Shown: positions 10,379 through 22,006, counted from the first letter of the stretch. The stretch is DNA of 64,000 nucleotides from an uncultured Rivularia sp. (GCA_963665115.1 OY762007.1:8256001-8320000); one strand, 5' to 3'. The notes: a model not told the origin generated them from the sequence alone. Numbers and translations are program-made.

Positions 10379-11823
10379 TAAACTCCATCATCCCCCAAGG
10401 CTCCCATCAATTCAACTTTCAACAAATTCCTCGTTTCGCTCAAACCAGCATTCAATTCCCCATATTCCTGCAACATTTCCCCTAAATCCCGATGTTTTTC
10501 TTTCTCTTGATAGGGATTTTTGATATCTAAATTGTAACCATTAGCAATAATCTCTTCTACCGAAACTTTCCAAGCAAACTCATTTTCTTCGCGGTTATCC
10601 CACCAAGCTTTCTCAACTGCAAATTCTTCTATTTTTATCGGCTTTGTTTTAGAGTAAGATTTATAACCCGCTGGGTAAGGATGTTCGTAATACCAAATTT
10701 CTTTTGTGGGTTTCCCTTTAGTAAAAAACAATAAATTAGTTTTTATGCTTGTATAAGGATTAAATACACCGTTAGGCAACCTGACAATTGTATGTAAATT
10801 GCATTCACTTAACAACTTTTCTTTAATTCGCGTTTTCACACCTTCACCAAATAGCGTACCGTCGGGTAAAACAATTCCCGCTCTACCGCCATCTATTAAA
10901 AGATGCATAATTAAAACTAAAAATAAATCCGCCGTTTCTTTAGTACGATAGCTACTAGGAAAATTAGTTTCAATTCCGTCTTCTTCCTTGCCACCAAACG
11001 GCGGATTAGTAACAATAATATCAACCTTTTCATGAGGTTTGTAATCTCGTAACGGACGCGCTAAAGTGTTATCGTGACGAATTTCCGGCACTTCCACCTC
11101 ATGCAATAACATATTAGTAATACACAGCAAATGCGGTAAAGGTTTTTTCTCCACCCCAGCAATTAATCGCTGTAATTTTTCCTTCTCCTCAACAGTTTTT
11201 ACCTGCTTTTTCAAATATTCCAAAGCGCAAGTTAAAAAACCACCAGTGCCGCAAGCAGGATCTAAAATTCTCTCACCCAAACGCGGATTTAACATATCCA
11301 CCATAAACTGCGTGACAGCGCGAGGAGTATAATATTCACCAGCATTCCCCGCGTTTTGCAAATCCTTAAGAATCTGTTCGTAAATATCGCCAAAAAGTTG
11401 TTTATCTTTAGAATTATTAAAATCAATTTCATTCAGCTTATTAATCACCTGACGCATCAAAGTGCCATTTTTCATAAAATTAAAAGCATCTTCAAAAGCA
11501 TCGCGAATAATTCTTCCTTTAGAATCAGCAACCTCATCTAAATTAAGATTTTTCAGCGTCGAAAATAGCTGATTATTCACAAAATCTAATAGCTCATCAC
11601 CCGTAATTCCCTCAGAATCAGCAGCCCAACTTCGCCACCTTAATTCATCCGGCAAAGGAGAAACATAATCATCATCAAAAATCTCGTACTCCGTTTCCCT
11701 ATCATCAAAAACCTTGAGAAAAATCATCCAAGTCAACTGAGAAATGCGTTGAGCATCGCCGTCAACACCTTCATCAATACGCATGATATCTTGGATAGTT
11801 TTTACAGTAGTGCTGATAGACAT
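10378..11823 (-). CDS. hsdM: Type I R-M N6-adenine methyltransferase subunit
   Basis: GEYYTPR, DPACGTGGFL, NPPF motifs. Confidence 0.96.
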   Translation of the reverse strand: MSISTTVKTIQDIMRIDEGVDGDAQRISQLTWMIFLKVFDDRETEYEIFDDDYVSPLPDELRWRSWAADSEGITGDELLDFVNNQLFSTLKNLNLDEVADSKGRIIRDAFEDAFNFMKNGTLMRQVINKLNEIDFNNSKDKQLFGDIYEQILKDLQNAGNAGEYYTPRAVTQFMVDMLNPRLGERILDPACGTGGFLTCALEYLKKQVKTVEEKEKLQRLIAGVEKKPLPHLLCITNMLLHEVEVPEIRHDNTLARPLRDYKPHEKVDIIVTNPPFGGKEEDGIETNFPSSYRTKETADLFLVLIMHLLIDGGRAGIVLPDGTLFGEGVKTRIKEKLLSECNLHTIVRLPNGVFNPYTSIKTNLLFFTKGKPTKEIWYYEHPYPAGYKSYSKTKPIKIEEFAVEKAWWDNREENEFAWKVSVEEIIANGYNLDIKNPYQEKEKHRDLGEMLQEYGELNAGLSETRNLLKVELMGALGDDGV

Positions 11824-11972
11824 AGTTTGGGGAGTTAGGAGTTAGGAGTGTAGAGACGTAGCACTGCTACGTCTCCAACAATGTGAAAGCATCATTTCAT
11901 ATTGTGTTTAGCAACGTCAAATTTTATCAAGATGCGTTGCGCTGTCGCGACAACACACCCTACATTAATAAA

Positions 11973-14312
11973 TCACGCCACCCGATAAAGCTCATTTTTC
12001 AATTCTTTCAAAGCTGCTAAATACTGCTTTTTCCCACCAAAAGATTCAATAATCTCCATCGGTGTTGCTAATTCTGTAAACGGTTGAACTTTCAAAACTG
12101 CCATTCCTTCAATCTCTTCTATTCCTTCGGATGCGTATTTATCTAATAATGCATTTAAGACTGCTTTGGCTTTTTTTTCGTATTTACTAAAATAATCACT
12201 TTTACAAACCTTCTGAGCGCGTTGTTTTCTGCTTAATGCTGGTTTATCAAATGCTACGTGACAAATCAGATCGAAGCAATCGAATTCTTTTCCAACTTCT
12301 GCTTCTAAGGCTTCAAATAAAACCCCTTGCTCTTGCAATTCGTTGATAATTGCTTGCTTTTTATCTGAGTTATTCCAGCGTCGTAAAAAGTCATCTAAAG
12401 AAGCATATTCTTGATTAACTGTTTTGCGGGTATAGTCTTTCAAAGATTCTGTAATTAACTTACCATCTTTACCGTAATATTGAACTCGCTCTGCTATAAC
12501 TGAAACCTTGACATCATCAACTACATATTTTGTCCGCTTTTCTGCTGCTATTTTATTTTTGGAGGATTTTTCGCTTCCATATTTTAATTCGCTTTCTTCT
12601 ACTGGTACAATAGATTGATTTAAATCGGGTTCGTAAATCTGTACTGGTTCGCCATCAAAATCTGGATCTGCAAATAGTTCTGTAGCTTTTTTAAAGTCTA
12701 TAATTGTAAAGTAGGACTTACCATACTCCTCATTAATTCTAGTTCCCCTACCGATAATCTGCTTAAACTCAGTCATCGACTGAATGCGTCTATCTAAAAC
12801 TATTAATTTACAGGTTTGAGCATCAACTCCCGTTGTCATCAATTTAGAAGTAGTTGCAATTACGGGATATTTACTCTCTGGTAAAATAAAGTTATCTAAT
12901 TCTTCTTTTCCTTCCTTCTCATCGCCAGTAATCCGCATTACGTATTTGCGATTTTGCAGTACTAAATCGGCATTTTCATTTACCAAAGCTTGACGCATTC
13001 TTTCTGCATGGTCGATATCTTCACAGAATACAATAGTTTTAGCAAATCTATCAGTTTTCTTCAAAAACTCGCTGACTCTCTTCGCAACTAATTCCGTGCG
13101 CTTCTCTAAAACTAAACTGCGATCGATATCCTTTTGATTGTAAATTCTGTCTTCTATTTCTTGACCATATTTATCTAATTGTCCCACATTTGGTCGCCAT
13201 CCCGATAAATCTTTATCAATATCAACCCGAATTACTTTATAAGGAGCTAAAAACCCATCTTCAATACCTTGTTTCAGCGAATAAGTATAGATTGGTTCGC
13301 CAAAATAATCAATATTAGATACTTCCTTGGTTTCTTTTGGTGTCGCAGTCAAACCAACTTGCGTAGCGCTACTAAAATACTCTAAAATCTCTCGCCAAGC
13401 CGAATCTTCCCCAGCGCTTCCCCGGTGACATTCATCGATAATTATTAAATCAAAAAAGTCAGCAGAAAACTGTTTATAAATATTCTTTACTTCCTCATTC
13501 CCCGACACCCCTTGATAAAGCGCCAAAAAAATCTCATAAGACTTATCAACATGACGTTTACTAATCTTAGTCATCGCCTTCCCAAAAGGTTTAAAATCGT
13601 TAGTCTTGGTTTGATCGATTAAAATATTTCTGTCAGCTAAAAATAAAATTCGTTTTTTAGTACGCGATTTCCATAACCGCCAAATAATCTGAAAAGCCGT
13701 GAAAGTCTTTCCCGTGCCAGTAGCCATCACTAATAATATTCTGTTTTTACCAAGAGCGATCGCCTCAATTGTACGGTTAATTGCCGTCAGTTGATAGTAG
13801 CGCGGCTTCTTCCCACTACCATCGGAATAATAATCTTGAGTAACAATTTTGAGCTTATCTTCCCCAATCCCCTTCCACAGACAATAACGCCGCCATAATT
13901 CCTGCGGCGAAGGGAAATTTTCCAGACTCAATTCTTGCTCAACTTTACCAGTTATCCCAGTAAAATCATGCTCTAAAAAAGCATCGCCATTTGAGCTATA
14001 AGCAAAGGGAATATCAAGTATCTCGGCATAACTCAAAGCCTGCTGCATCCCGCTTCCAACACTATGTTTATTATCCTTCGCTTCAATTACAGCAATCGGA
14101 ATATTCGGTTTATAGTAAAGAATATAGTCAGCGCGTTTCCTTTCACCCCTGCTAGTTAACTTACCGCGCACTAAAACTTTACCCTTAGTAAAACTTACCT
14201 CTTGACGGATTTGAAAAGATTTTATATCCCAACCAGCTTCTTCCAAAGCCGGGGTAATATATTTAGTACAAATATCCTGCTCGCTCAAAGACTTCTTATT
14301 AAATGCAGCCAT
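11973..14312 (-). CDS. hsdR: Type I R-M restriction subunit (EcoAI/EcoEI-R family)
   Basis: ADYIL..IEAK nuclease motif, [30 protein letters not shown] helicase motifs. Confidence 0.96.
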   Translation of the reverse strand: MAAFNKKSLSEQDICTKYITPALEEAGWDIKSFQIRQEVSFTKGKVLVRGKLTSRGERKRADYILYYKPNIPIAVIEAKDNKHSVGSGMQQALSYAEILDIPFAYSSNGDAFLEHDFTGITGKVEQELSLENFPSPQELWRRYCLWKGIGEDKLKIVTQDYYSDGSGKKPRYYQLTAINRTIEAIALGKNRILLVMATGTGKTFTAFQIIWRLWKSRTKKRILFLADRNILIDQTKTNDFKPFGKAMTKISKRHVDKSYEIFLALYQGVSGNEEVKNIYKQFSADFFDLIIIDECHRGSAGEDSAWREILEYFSSATQVGLTATPKETKEVSNIDYFGEPIYTYSLKQGIEDGFLAPYKVIRVDIDKDLSGWRPNVGQLDKYGQEIEDRIYNQKDIDRSLVLEKRTELVAKRVSEFLKKTDRFAKTIVFCEDIDHAERMRQALVNENADLVLQNRKYVMRITGDEKEGKEELDNFILPESKYPVIATTSKLMTTGVDAQTCKLIVLDRRIQSMTEFKQIIGRGTRINEEYGKSYFTIIDFKKATELFADPDFDGEPVQIYEPDLNQSIVPVEESELKYGSEKSSKNKIAAEKRTKYVVDDVKVSVIAERVQYYGKDGKLITESLKDYTRKTVNQEYASLDDFLRRWNNSDKKQAIINELQEQGVLFEALEAEVGKEFDCFDLICHVAFDKPALSRKQRAQKVCKSDYFSKYEKKAKAVLNALLDKYASEGIEEIEGMAVLKVQPFTELATPMEIIESFGGKKQYLAALKELKNELYRVA

Positions 14313-14571
14313 ATTATTTTTTAAAAGATATATTTACGCAGATATTCAAGGAATTATTAATACTCCTAGTATCTGTTTTAACTTTTAATCATGTAAATAT
14401 AAATACGCTGCGATGACAAATTGAAACTTAATGGTACGTTTGATTAATTTTGATGGCTAAACCTTTTGGTAGTTGATTGCATAAATGCTGAAGGGTTCGT
14501 TTTGCTCGCAAACTTGGGGAGACGTAAAATTTTACGTCTCTACAACCCGTCAAAACGAATGTAATTAGCTG

Positions 14572-14648
14572 GTAGTGCGAGCATCTTGCTCGCTAGTTCT
14601 AAATAGTTGCTCTTTAATTACAACCAGGGAGCGAGACGCTCCCACTAC
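14572..14648. repeat. GTAG-class REP doublet (REPIN-like); family also at ~16990-17070, 22078, 33144, 42412 and 62297-62353
   Basis: GTAG-TGCGAGCATCTTGCTCGC ... GGGAGCGAGACGCTCCCA-CTAC in inverted orientation. Confidence 0.75.
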
Positions 14649-14722
14649 TTCTTGCCCATAAAAACTAACAAAACGCACTCACCAGTAGTGAAATGCGCTG
14701 TATAAGCTATTTATTTTAAAAG

Positions 14723-14796
14723 GGCGACCGATGGGACTCGAACCCACGAATGGAGATACCACAAACCTCTGCCTTAACCACTTGGCTACGATCGCC
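14723..14796 (-). tRNA. trnH: tRNA-His (GUG)
   Basis: Minus strand reads GGCGATCGTAGCCAAGTGGTTAAGGCAGAGGT-TTGTGGT-ATCTCCATTCGTGGGTTCGAGTCCCATCGGTCGCC: cloverleaf, GTG anticodon, G-1/C73 identity; CCA not encoded. Confidence 0.96.
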
Positions 14797-14814
14797 ATAT
14801 TTATCTTGTTAATA

Positions 14815-14844
14815 ACTATAGCAGATGATAAATGAATTTATCAA
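14815..14844 (-). promoter_or_regulatory. Putative sigma70 promoter of tRNA-His
   Basis: TTGATA-18 nt-TATAGT with TGn extended -10, about 20 nt upstream of the tRNA. Confidence 0.55.
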
Positions 14845-14916
14845 GCATTTTTTTGGAACGGACTCAGATAATCTAGAGTCTAGTAGTCAAATAGTTAATT
14901 TTTATATTTATAGATA

Positions 14917-15297
14917 ATGAAAGTTGTAAGTATTGCTGCATATACTGGAGCCGCCGTATTAATTGCGTTAGGAGTAGCAATGGCAGCTACAAATCCATCG
15001 CGAGTCGAGTACGAGGACTATGCTACTGGGCGGTTGAGCGAGTATCTAAAAGAACAGGGATGCAGTAAAACCCCAAACTTATTAGACAATTTAATCAAAT
15101 TCAACTGTGCAAAGTTGATAGATTCAGCCAACCCTCAAATTAAGCAGATAGTTAAAGCATCTACCCAAAAACACGATTATCTTTTGTTTAGCGTTTACCA
15201 TACGGAGCTACAAATAAATTCTCTTATACCTTCATATAAATTCGAGACTGTAGCAGCTTTAGATAACTTCTTCACTTATAAAGCGGAAAAACAATAG
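14917..15297 (+). CDS. DUF4359-like exported protein
   Basis: N-terminal hydrophobic segment, TNPS..EY..YA, two Cys, FSVYHTEL. Confidence 0.7.
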   Translation: MKVVSIAAYTGAAVLIALGVAMAATNPSRVEYEDYATGRLSEYLKEQGCSKTPNLLDNLIKFNCAKLIDSANPQIKQIVKASTQKHDYLLFSVYHTELQINSLIPSYKFETVAALDNFFTYKAEKQ

Positions 15298-15319
15298 TTG
15301 GGGATGGGGATTGAGCATG

Positions 15320-15383
15320 GGTAATTGGTAATTGGTAATTGGTAATTGGTAATTGGTAATTGGTAATTGGTAATTGGTAATTG
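15320..15383. repeat. STRR heptamer tract (GGTAATT)n; similar tracts at ~4887, 18068, 30317, 42322, 63300
   Basis: Direct tandem repeats visible. Confidence 0.9.
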
Positions 15384-15509
15384 ATGAGTAGTTAGTGGAA
15401 GCATCTTACTTCCCCCTCTACCCCCTCCTAACTCCTAACTTTTAAACACGGTAGTCAAAATTGGGAATACTTAATTTAATAATTCCCTTTTAGAAGCGCC
15501 GATATAAGA

Positions 15510-16931
15510 ATGAGTTACTGTACAAATACTAACTGCTTGTCTCCGCAAAACCTTGATACGGCTATTTTTTGCACGAGTTGCGGTAAAAAACTGCTACTTA
15601 AAGAACGTTATCTTCCCCTTCATATTATTGGACAAGGTGGTTTTGGTAGAACTTTTTTAGCTACGGATGAATACATTCCTTCCAAAGCTAAATGCGTTAT
15701 TAAACAACTTTATTTTTCTCAGACAGAAGCAAATTATTTTAATCCGAAGCTGGTAGAGTTATTTCGTCAAGAAGCGATTCGTTTAGATGATTTGGGACAA
15801 CATCCACAGATACCGCAACTTCTGGCACATTTTGAACAAGACGAACAACTTTATTTGGTGCAAGAATGGGTTGCAGGAAATTCATTAATGGAAGAAATTC
15901 AACAGCAAGGAGTTTTCGGGGAAGCTCAAATTAGGCTGTTGCTGCAAGAGTTATTACCAGTATTGCAATTTATCCATTCCCAAAACATCATTCATAGAGA
16001 TATAAAACCAGCAAATATTATGCGGGGATGTCTCATTAAAAATACTAAAACATCAAATACTAAAACACCAAACTCAAATCTGGTTTTAATTGATTTCGGA
16101 ATTGCAAAACATCTTAGTAATACAGCATTGCAGCAAACAGGTACGAAAATAGGAACTCCAGAATATATGGCTCCCGAACAAATACGAGGTAAGGCATTAC
16201 CAGCTAGCGATATCTACAGTTTGGGAGTCACCTGCATTTATTTATTAACTGGTATTTCACCTTTTGATTTGTTTGATGTTTCTACTGATAATTGGGTATG
16301 GCGAGATTATTTACTACCGGAAAATAAAGTAAGTACTCGCTTGGGTAAAATATTGGATAGAATGCTACAAAATTCACTTCCTCAACGCTATAAACAAGCA
16401 AATAATATTTTGCAAGTACTATCGCGTCACTCTGAATCGCATCTAAAAAACTTCGATTTAGCTGTAATCGAGACTAAAGATATAAAAGTCAAAATTGATT
16501 ATACTCAATTGCGAGATTTACTAAAAAAAGGAAAATGGCAACAAGCAGATAGAGAAACTTGGAAAATTATGTGTCTTTCTCTATCAAAGCCAATCGGAAC
16601 TTATTTATTTAAAAGTGATATTGAAAATTTACCCGACGATGATTTACTAATAATTGACAAATTGTGGACGAGATACAGTAAAGGACACTTTGGTTTCAGC
16701 GTACAAAAAGAAATATATGACAGCGTAGAAGCTGATTACGTTCAATTTTGCGGAATTGTTGGTTGGGCAACCTATAATTCTTTAGATTCAGCAAATTCAG
16801 ATTATTATTACAGCTTAAAAGCCCCCATAGGTCATTTACCTACACGCACTTGGATGGGTGGTTCTCAATGGTGGCGACACGCTGATACATTTGCCGCTAA
16901 GTTGGACAATCTTGGAGGGGTGATGTCTTGA
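15510..16931 (+). CDS. Ser/Thr protein kinase with C-terminal GUN4 domain
   Basis: N-terminal Cys cluster, GQGGFG, HRDIKPANI, DFG, APE; DYTQLRDLL..W..AD.ET, SKGHFGFSVQK, APIGHLP. Confidence 0.92.
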   Translation: MSYCTNTNCLSPQNLDTAIFCTSCGKKLLLKERYLPLHIIGQGGFGRTFLATDEYIPSKAKCVIKQLYFSQTEANYFNPKLVELFRQEAIRLDDLGQHPQIPQLLAHFEQDEQLYLVQEWVAGNSLMEEIQQQGVFGEAQIRLLLQELLPVLQFIHSQNIIHRDIKPANIMRGCLIKNTKTSNTKTPNSNLVLIDFGIAKHLSNTALQQTGTKIGTPEYMAPEQIRGKALPASDIYSLGVTCIYLLTGISPFDLFDVSTDNWVWRDYLLPENKVSTRLGKILDRMLQNSLPQRYKQANNILQVLSRHSESHLKNFDLAVIETKDIKVKIDYTQLRDLLKKGKWQQADRETWKIMCLSLSKPIGTYLFKSDIENLPDDDLLIIDKLWTRYSKGHFGFSVQKEIYDSVEADYVQFCGIVGWATYNSLDSANSDYYYSLKAPIGHLPTRTWMGGSQWWRHADTFAAKLDNLGGVMS

Positions 16932-17144
16932 GGTGTTTGATTTTGCTTAGCTAATACTTCGCCATAGCGCGTTATGAGCAGTGAGGGGAGTGCGAGCATC
17001 TTGCTCGCTAAGGGTGACTATAATTGCTGATTTGTAATTCGGTAATTAGCGAGCCTCTCGCTCGCACTACGAATTTATTGCCCCACAAAATTAATGCGAT
17101 TAAGAGATTTTCAATCCCTGGCTGATTTGCTGACGAAAACCGCC

Positions 17145-17984
17145 TCACTCAACAAACTTACCCCGCGCTTCTTGAGTTGAATGCAATATTTGCTCTAAAC
17201 TCACCCAATCTTCTCGCTCAATCAATTTAACCAATTCATCAAGATTCTCGCGATACTTTTGCAGCGACATTAGCAAAGCTTCTCGATTGTACTTTGCCAT
17301 CATCACCCCTAATTCCGGATTTCCCCCACCGACGCGAGATGTATCGCGAAAACCGGAACTAGCAAATTTTTGAGCTAGCTGATGAACCGTTAAATCGGTT
17401 TCTTTTTCGCAAGCCCCAATCAAAGAAGCACTTGCCATTACGGGTAAATGAGAAATTAAGCTAACTGCTTTATCGTGTTCCTCTGGGGAGCAGTAATGAA
17501 TGTTAACCCCTAACTGAATAATCAGATTTTCAATAACTGCGATCGCCGTTGTCGGGGTCGTATTTATCGGTGTAAGTACGTAGGGCTTATTGTTAAATAA
17601 ATTAGAACGCGCAGCTTCTATACCAGAATCGGTACTACCCGCCATTGGATGTCCCCCGACGAAATTTTCCCACACGGATGAAATGCCTTTCACGATAGGG
17701 GTTTTCACCGAACCAACATCAGTTATTACACAAGAACTTGGTAAATAAGCAATCAATTGCTCAAGTGTGGGAATAATAAATCCCAGAGGCGTACAAATAA
17801 ATACTACCTCTGCTTCCGACAGCAAGCTCATATTAACTGACGCTTGTGAGACAACACCCATAGAAATTGCTCTTTGAGTAGTTGAATCGCGGCGACTGAC
17901 TCCCAAAACATGATGTCCTTGCTTCTTCAAGTCTAAACCTAAAGAACCACCTATTAATCCAAGACCAACTATGCCGATTATCAT
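17145..17984 (-). CDS. tyrA: Prephenate/arogenate dehydrogenase (start moved to ATG at 17984)
   Basis: IGIVGLGLIGGS, DVGSVK, GGHPMAG, HD....ISHLP, GFRDTSR; upstream extension of the ORF is repeat-derived. Confidence 0.92.
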   Translation of the reverse strand: MIIGIVGLGLIGGSLGLDLKKQGHHVLGVSRRDSTTQRAISMGVVSQASVNMSLLSEAEVVFICTPLGFIIPTLEQLIAYLPSSCVITDVGSVKTPIVKGISSVWENFVGGHPMAGSTDSGIEAARSNLFNNKPYVLTPINTTPTTAIAVIENLIIQLGVNIHYCSPEEHDKAVSLISHLPVMASASLIGACEKETDLTVHQLAQKFASSGFRDTSRVGGGNPELGVMMAKYNREALLMSLQKYRENLDELVKLIEREDWVSLEQILHSTQEARGKFVE

Positions 17985-18212
17985 ACTTAATTTTAATAAG
18001 AGGGCATGGGGGGAGGGGGGAGAGGGGGGAGAGGGGGGAGAGGGGGAAGAATAAATAATTATTCTCAATTACCAATTACCAATTACCAATTACCAATTAC
18101 CAATGCCCAATTCCCAATTCACCATTTCCAATTCCCCATTCCCATTTATGAATTAGATATTACTTAATTTCCGCATGATTTAGCAATTATTAAAAAATCA
18201 GAGGTAGCATCG

Positions 18213-19778
18213 ATGACTGTAGAGGAATTATTGGAAAAATACGCGAAGGGATTTACCGATTTTAGCGGTATTGAACTTCCTGAAGCTAATTTATGTGGGG
18301 TCAAACTCAGTGGTGTGGATTTTAGTTATGCTAATTTAAGCATAGTAAATTTTAGTGGCGCTAATCTTACTAAAGCTAATTTAAGCTACGCTCAACTTAA
18401 TGTTGCAAGACTTAGTGGCGCTCACCTTGAAGGTGCAAATCTTTATAAAGCTAGTTTGAATGTAGCTAATTTGATTCGAGCTAATTTGAATAATGCTCAG
18501 TTAGTTAAAGCTTCTTTAATACGAGGTGAATTAATTCGTGCTGATTTCAGTCGCGCTAATTTATTAGAAGCTAACTTGAGTAATGCTGATTTGCGCGAAG
18601 CTACACTTCGTCATGCTGTTTTACGAGACGCTAATTTAAATCAAGCTTGTTTTAGAGGTGCGTCTTTAGTCGCAGCTAATTTGGAACGAGCGACTTTGAA
18701 TGCTACCGATTTAGCTCGTGCTGACTTAAGCGGTGCTAACTTGCGAGAAGCCGAACTTCGTCAGGTGACTATGTTTCGCGCTAACCTTAGCGGTGCAAAT
18801 CTCAGCGATGCGAATCTTCGATGGGCTGATTTGAGAGGTGCAAATTTACAATGGGCAGATTTAAGCGGTGCTAAATTAAGCGGTGCAAATTTGGCTGGTG
18901 CCGATTTAAGCAATGCGAATTTAACTAATACAAGTTTCGTTCATACCGATTTAACTGAAGCAAAATTAGTTAAGGCTGAATGGGTTGGTGCAGATTTAAC
19001 TGGAGCAACTTTAACCGGCGCAAAACTTTATGGTACCTCCCGATTTGGCTTAAAAACCGATCTGTTGGTTTGTGAATGGGTGGATTTGAGCGAAAAAGGC
19101 GATCGCTCTATTATTCATCATTTGAATGCTGAGGATTCGGGAGATTTTTTCAACGAAACTCCGCCAACTATTCGTATAATTATAGACAGACCTTTAGATC
19201 CAGAAGCAAATTTTGCTTTAGCGGGTGCCTATTTTCAAATTACTCAAAAATATCAAGGATTAAAACAACCTCCTAGCATGGAAATTGGTCGCCGTCGCAC
19301 AGTTTTTACTTTCCGTGCCGACAGTGATGAAAGTTTATTTCCTATTGCTTATATGGCAATTCTTCCCTTTCGAGATGCCGCTGCTACCCAAAAAAGTATA
19401 TATATGGCAATAGAGATGCTTGCCAGCCAAGATACAAAAGGTGATCTAATTAACATTCAACAAATGCAGCAATTAACTAATTTATTGGAGCAAGCAAAAG
19501 AGAATACAATCCTTATCAAAGATGCCACAAAGATTTTAGGCATTGCAGCAAAGTTAAACTTTTTTCAAGCTCCTACGCAAACAGTTTTAACAAATTCTAG
19601 CGCTAAAAATTTAATTATTTACGACAGCCCAAGTTTTGGGAAAAGATTAATTGATCATCCCCAAATAGAAGATTTTTCATATGAACATGAAGATGAATTC
19701 AGCGAACTTTCTAAATCCAGGCAACCATCTTTAAATATGATTGTAGATTTCTTTAAAGGGTTTCATTATATTAACTAA
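18213..19778 (+). CDS. Pentapeptide repeat protein with C-terminal domain of unknown function
   Basis: Long A(N/D)Lxx repeat run. Confidence 0.9.
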   Translation: MTVEELLEKYAKGFTDFSGIELPEANLCGVKLSGVDFSYANLSIVNFSGANLTKANLSYAQLNVARLSGAHLEGANLYKASLNVANLIRANLNNAQLVKASLIRGELIRADFSRANLLEANLSNADLREATLRHAVLRDANLNQACFRGASLVAANLERATLNATDLARADLSGANLREAELRQVTMFRANLSGANLSDANLRWADLRGANLQWADLSGAKLSGANLAGADLSNANLTNTSFVHTDLTEAKLVKAEWVGADLTGATLTGAKLYGTSRFGLKTDLLVCEWVDLSEKGDRSIIHHLNAEDSGDFFNETPPTIRIIIDRPLDPEANFALAGAYFQITQKYQGLKQPPSMEIGRRRTVFTFRADSDESLFPIAYMAILPFRDAAATQKSIYMAIEMLASQDTKGDLINIQQMQQLTNLLEQAKENTILIKDATKILGIAAKLNFFQAPTQTVLTNSSAKNLIIYDSPSFGKRLIDHPQIEDFSYEHEDEFSELSKSRQPSLNMIVDFFKGFHYIN

Positions 19779-20113
19779 AAATTAAAAATTAAAAATTGGG
19801 AATAGGGCATTTGGCATAGGTCATGGGGCATAGGGCAATGACCTTGAGGTATAGAGTTATCACTTGAATATTTCATTCTTTATAGATATGTTTTATTCTC
19901 AATATTTGTTTAAGTTTAAATCATAGTAACTATATAATTCTTAAATAATTGCTTAATTTCCATAAATTATCACAACGAATATAGCGTCACTATATCAATT
20001 GCAAATTTATTAAAGAAAGTTAAAAAATAATAAGATCCAATTCCCCATGCCCAATTCCCAATCCCCACTTCATAATAGTATTGATTCAATGATATATACA
20101 GGAGCAGTTCGGA

Positions 20114-20695
20114 ATGTTCAATAAAATGATGGGTCGTACCCGCTATGTAGTTTGTCGAGTTATGCTGCATCTAAGTGGTTCGGAAGTTGCACCTATTTTA
20201 GGAGTATTAAACCGTAGCGCCAGGGAGGCGATGGATTCCGATGGTGATATGGAGGTTATGGGAGAACAATTAGTTTCAATTTGTCAAACCCTATTGCAGA
20301 ACGATGATTCTTGGATGTCTGCTGCTAATGAAGGTGATGTATTTTGGAAGGAAGGAGATGCAGGAGACTACGTTGAAGAATTATTTACCGACTCAGCACA
20401 ACGTTATTTAAGCGAACCATCATCCGACTATTCCGACTCTGACGAATCTTTTTCTGTCCCCGTAACCCGCAACATAGTAGTTATGATTACTGTGGCTTAT
20501 GAAGGAGAAGTAGCTGAATTAGAAGAGGATTTGTCAAATATTACCGCTCTCCAAGAAGCTTTGAAGGCTTTAATTAGTCTAAATTATAAAGATACATTAC
20601 GAGCAATACGGATACACTTCTCGCCAGCACAGTTAGGTGATGAACTTACTAACGACCAATTATTACAGCATTTTACAGAATTGATACCTTTGTAG
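20114..20695 (+). CDS. DUF1517-like cyanobacterial protein
   Basis: Intact ORF with GGAG RBS; family recognised by overall resemblance (VVMITVA, PAQLGDELT..QLL..F.EL.PL). Confidence 0.65.
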   Translation: MFNKMMGRTRYVVCRVMLHLSGSEVAPILGVLNRSAREAMDSDGDMEVMGEQLVSICQTLLQNDDSWMSAANEGDVFWKEGDAGDYVEELFTDSAQRYLSEPSSDYSDSDESFSVPVTRNIVVMITVAYEGEVAELEEDLSNITALQEALKALISLNYKDTLRAIRIHFSPAQLGDELTNDQLLQHFTELIPL

Positions 20696-20761
20696 AGGTC
20701 AAAGGTCAAAGCTTAAAGGTTAAAGGTTAAAAGTAATAATTAATACCTTTCCCCAATTATC

Positions 20762-20969
20762 TCCCTACTTCTAACTCTTAACTCCTAACTCTCTACTCCC
20801 TACTCCCTACTCCCTACTTCCTACTCTCTACTCCCTACTCCCTACTCCCTACTCCCTACTCCCTACTCCCTACTTCCTACTCTCTACTCCCTACTCCCTA
20901 CTCCCTACTCCCTACTCCCTACTCTCTACTCCCTACTCCCTACTCCCTACTCCCTACTCCCTACTCCCC
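20762..20969. repeat. STRR tract (CTCCCTA)n; similar tracts at 24415-24695, 54973-55135, 56390-56450
   Basis: Tandem heptamers. Confidence 0.92.
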
Positions 20970-21052
20970 ATATCATAAAAGTCGGTTCTCCGTACCGATC
21001 GCGATCGGAAAGAAGTTGTTAAGCTCAAAGATAGAAGAAAAATTATCAAATT

Positions 21053-22006
21053 ATGACAATTTTGCGTAAATTTACAGCGGTTTTTTTAGCCTTGAGTTTG
21101 TGTTTTACAACAGTTGCTTGTGGTGGTGGAACTACAACAAGCACCCCGCAAGCTAGAAATGTAACTCGAACTACAACCAACACCAGAATCAGTGATGGTG
21201 AATATCCCGTACAGCAAGCTAGTTACAACGATGCTGATGGAGAATACACGCTATTTTTGTTAAATAGCCCTACTCCAACTTTTAAAACTGATAAGTTGCA
21301 AATGGCTCGCCTTACCGAAGAGCAAATCAAAGAAGGTAAAAATAGCTATTTAAAAGTTGAAAGCGGACAGCCCGCACTTTATTTAACACCAGACTTTAAA
21401 ATCGAATACACTCAAAACGTTACCGAAACAAAAACCGACCCCGGTACCGGAGAACAACGAACAGTTGTAGTGCAGCGAAACAACGGCTTCTGGGCACCTT
21501 TCGCTGGTGCGATCGCCGGTCAAGCAATCGGTAGTATGTTGTTCAGACCCCAGTATTACGTACCACCCGCATATCAGCCGGGAAGGACTAGCTATACTGG
21601 TTTTGGTGGATATGGCAGCAGCTATAGCGGAGCAGTCGATAATTATCGCCAACGCTACAACGAACCACCAGCAGCAGTCAGAAACCGTACCACTTTCCGC
21701 ACCACAGGAAACGTTAGAAGAAGAAATACTGGAACTGGAAGCTCAGGTTTCGGAAGCACTACTCGAAGAAATCCCGGAAGATCGGGTTTCGGAAGTAGTA
21801 CCCGCACCACTCCCCGTACAAGCACTGGTAACAGTCGCTCTACAGGTTCTGGATTCGGCAGCAGCACACTGAAGCAATCCGGAAAATCTAGGTCAGTGAG
21901 AAACCGTCCTTCCAACAGCAGTTTCGGCAGCGGAACCCGTTCTCGTTCCTCCAGAACCCGTTCTCGTAGCGGTGGTTTCGGCAGCGGCGGACGTAGAAGA
22001 CGGTAA
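21053..22006 (+). CDS. Lipoprotein with Gly/Ser/Arg-rich low-complexity C-terminus
   Basis: Signal peptide with lipobox TVAC; repeated (S/G)GFGS motifs. Confidence 0.8.
   Translation: MTILRKFTAVFLALSLCFTTVACGGGTTTSTPQARNVTRTTTNTRISDGEYPVQQASYNDADGEYTLFLLNSPTPTFKTDKLQMARLTEEQIKEGKNSYLKVESGQPALYLTPDFKIEYTQNVTETKTDPGTGEQRTVVVQRNNGFWAPFAGAIAGQAIGSMLFRPQYYVPPAYQPGRTSYTGFGGYGSSYSGAVDNYRQRYNEPPAAVRNRTTFRTTGNVRRRNTGTGSSGFGSTTRRNPGRSGFGSSTRTTPRTSTGNSRSTGSGFGSSTLKQSGKSRSVRNRPSNSSFGSGTRSRSSRTRSRSGGFGSGGRRRR

Noticed and set aside
6470..14722. Prophage or integrative element at tRNA-His
   Set aside because: No integrase, no phage genes and no att duplication of the tRNA 3' end found by eye
17985..18068. 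Pro-rich N-terminal extension of tyrA
   Set aside because: Derived from a (CCCCTCT)-type repeat; the Rossmann motif begins right after ATG 17984
20762..20969. Tandem repeats as a possible CRISPR array
   Set aside because: Pure 7-nt STRR units with no spacers; no cas genes in the window
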